DNA of 51,813 nucleotides from Bacteroidota bacterium (GTDB lineage Bacteria; Bacteroidota; Bacteroidia; Cytophagales; Amoebophilaceae): NCBI GenBank assembly GCA_039029235.1, contig JBCCGO010000001.1, positions 1 to 51,813 of the forward strand, read 5' to 3'. Shown piece by piece: positions 51,585 to 51,813 of this stretch (position 1 is its first letter; each line of letters starts with the position of its first letter). The notes under the pieces were generated by a model. It saw only the letters and a program-made list of their open reading frames with translations, ran no database searches and was not told where the DNA came from. The position numbers and the translations under genes were made by a program.

Positions 51585-51813
51585 TTAGAGGAAGTAAGCA
51601 CCACGCTTAGAGTAACGAGTAGCTATACCTCTAAAATGCTTTAGCCTCTTAAAAAAACGCTCTATCTTGTTGCGCTCCTTGTATGCAACCCGATTATAGG
51701 ATCTAAACTTGTAAGACCGTTGATGCAGCCGTATCACCGCCTCTGCTACAATAGAGACGATTTGTGCTAATAATTTTTTACCTGAATACCCACGATCACC
51801 CAGAACATACTTG
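51585..51813 (-). mobile_element. IS5-family DDE transposase, C-terminal part (runs off the window; possibly prematurely terminated)
   Basis: Minus-strand translation is KYVLGDRGYSGKKLLAQI...YKERNKIERFFKRLKHFRGIATRYSKRGAYFL*. The D(K/R)GY, YK.RN.IER.F..LK.FR.IATRY.K pattern is the IS5/IS1031/IS427-type C-terminus. Confidence 0.7.

Overview
This window looks like chromosome from a Bacteroidota-type bacterium, probably host-associated. Supporting signs are mutY-ssb-gldE synteny, TTTG/TAnnTTTG promoter motifs, a bS22-like micro-ORF, a Cys-poor L36, and an r-protein cluster with no adk. Most of the window is housekeeping. It holds a partial 23S rRNA (minus strand) with no 16S or spacer tRNAs upstream, then lon-hslU, dut, a DUF4143 ATPase, an M16 peptidase, RNase G/E, mutY, ssb, gldE-like, glyQS, tRNA-Ala(GGC), DUF2461 and dnaN. 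A 14.4-kb S10-spc-alpha block runs from rplC to rplQ and includes secY, map, infA and rpoA but lacks rpsJ. It is followed by ftsH, DUF2905, yajC, nusB and uvrB. Decay and mobile-DNA signs are frequent: a multiply frameshifted AAA-ATPase_like/PDDEXK_9 gene, split pieces of a PD-(D/E)XK (TIGR01784/Rpn-like) putative transposase, a truncated IS5-family transposase at the right edge, and a degenerate ~200-nt intergenic repeat family. The most interesting locus is a visibly AT-rich island at about 22.0-25.2 kb. It carries two overlapping genes that both start with Sec-type signal peptides. One is an ankyrin-repeat protein. The other is a 346-aa protein whose C-terminal domain carries the deaminase zinc signature HAE-x27-CxxC, so it is a candidate secreted nucleic-acid deaminase effector. 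The island is bracketed by oppositely oriented halves of what looks like one PD-(D/E)XK gene. All homology calls come from reading the translated ORFs by eye; no searches were run.
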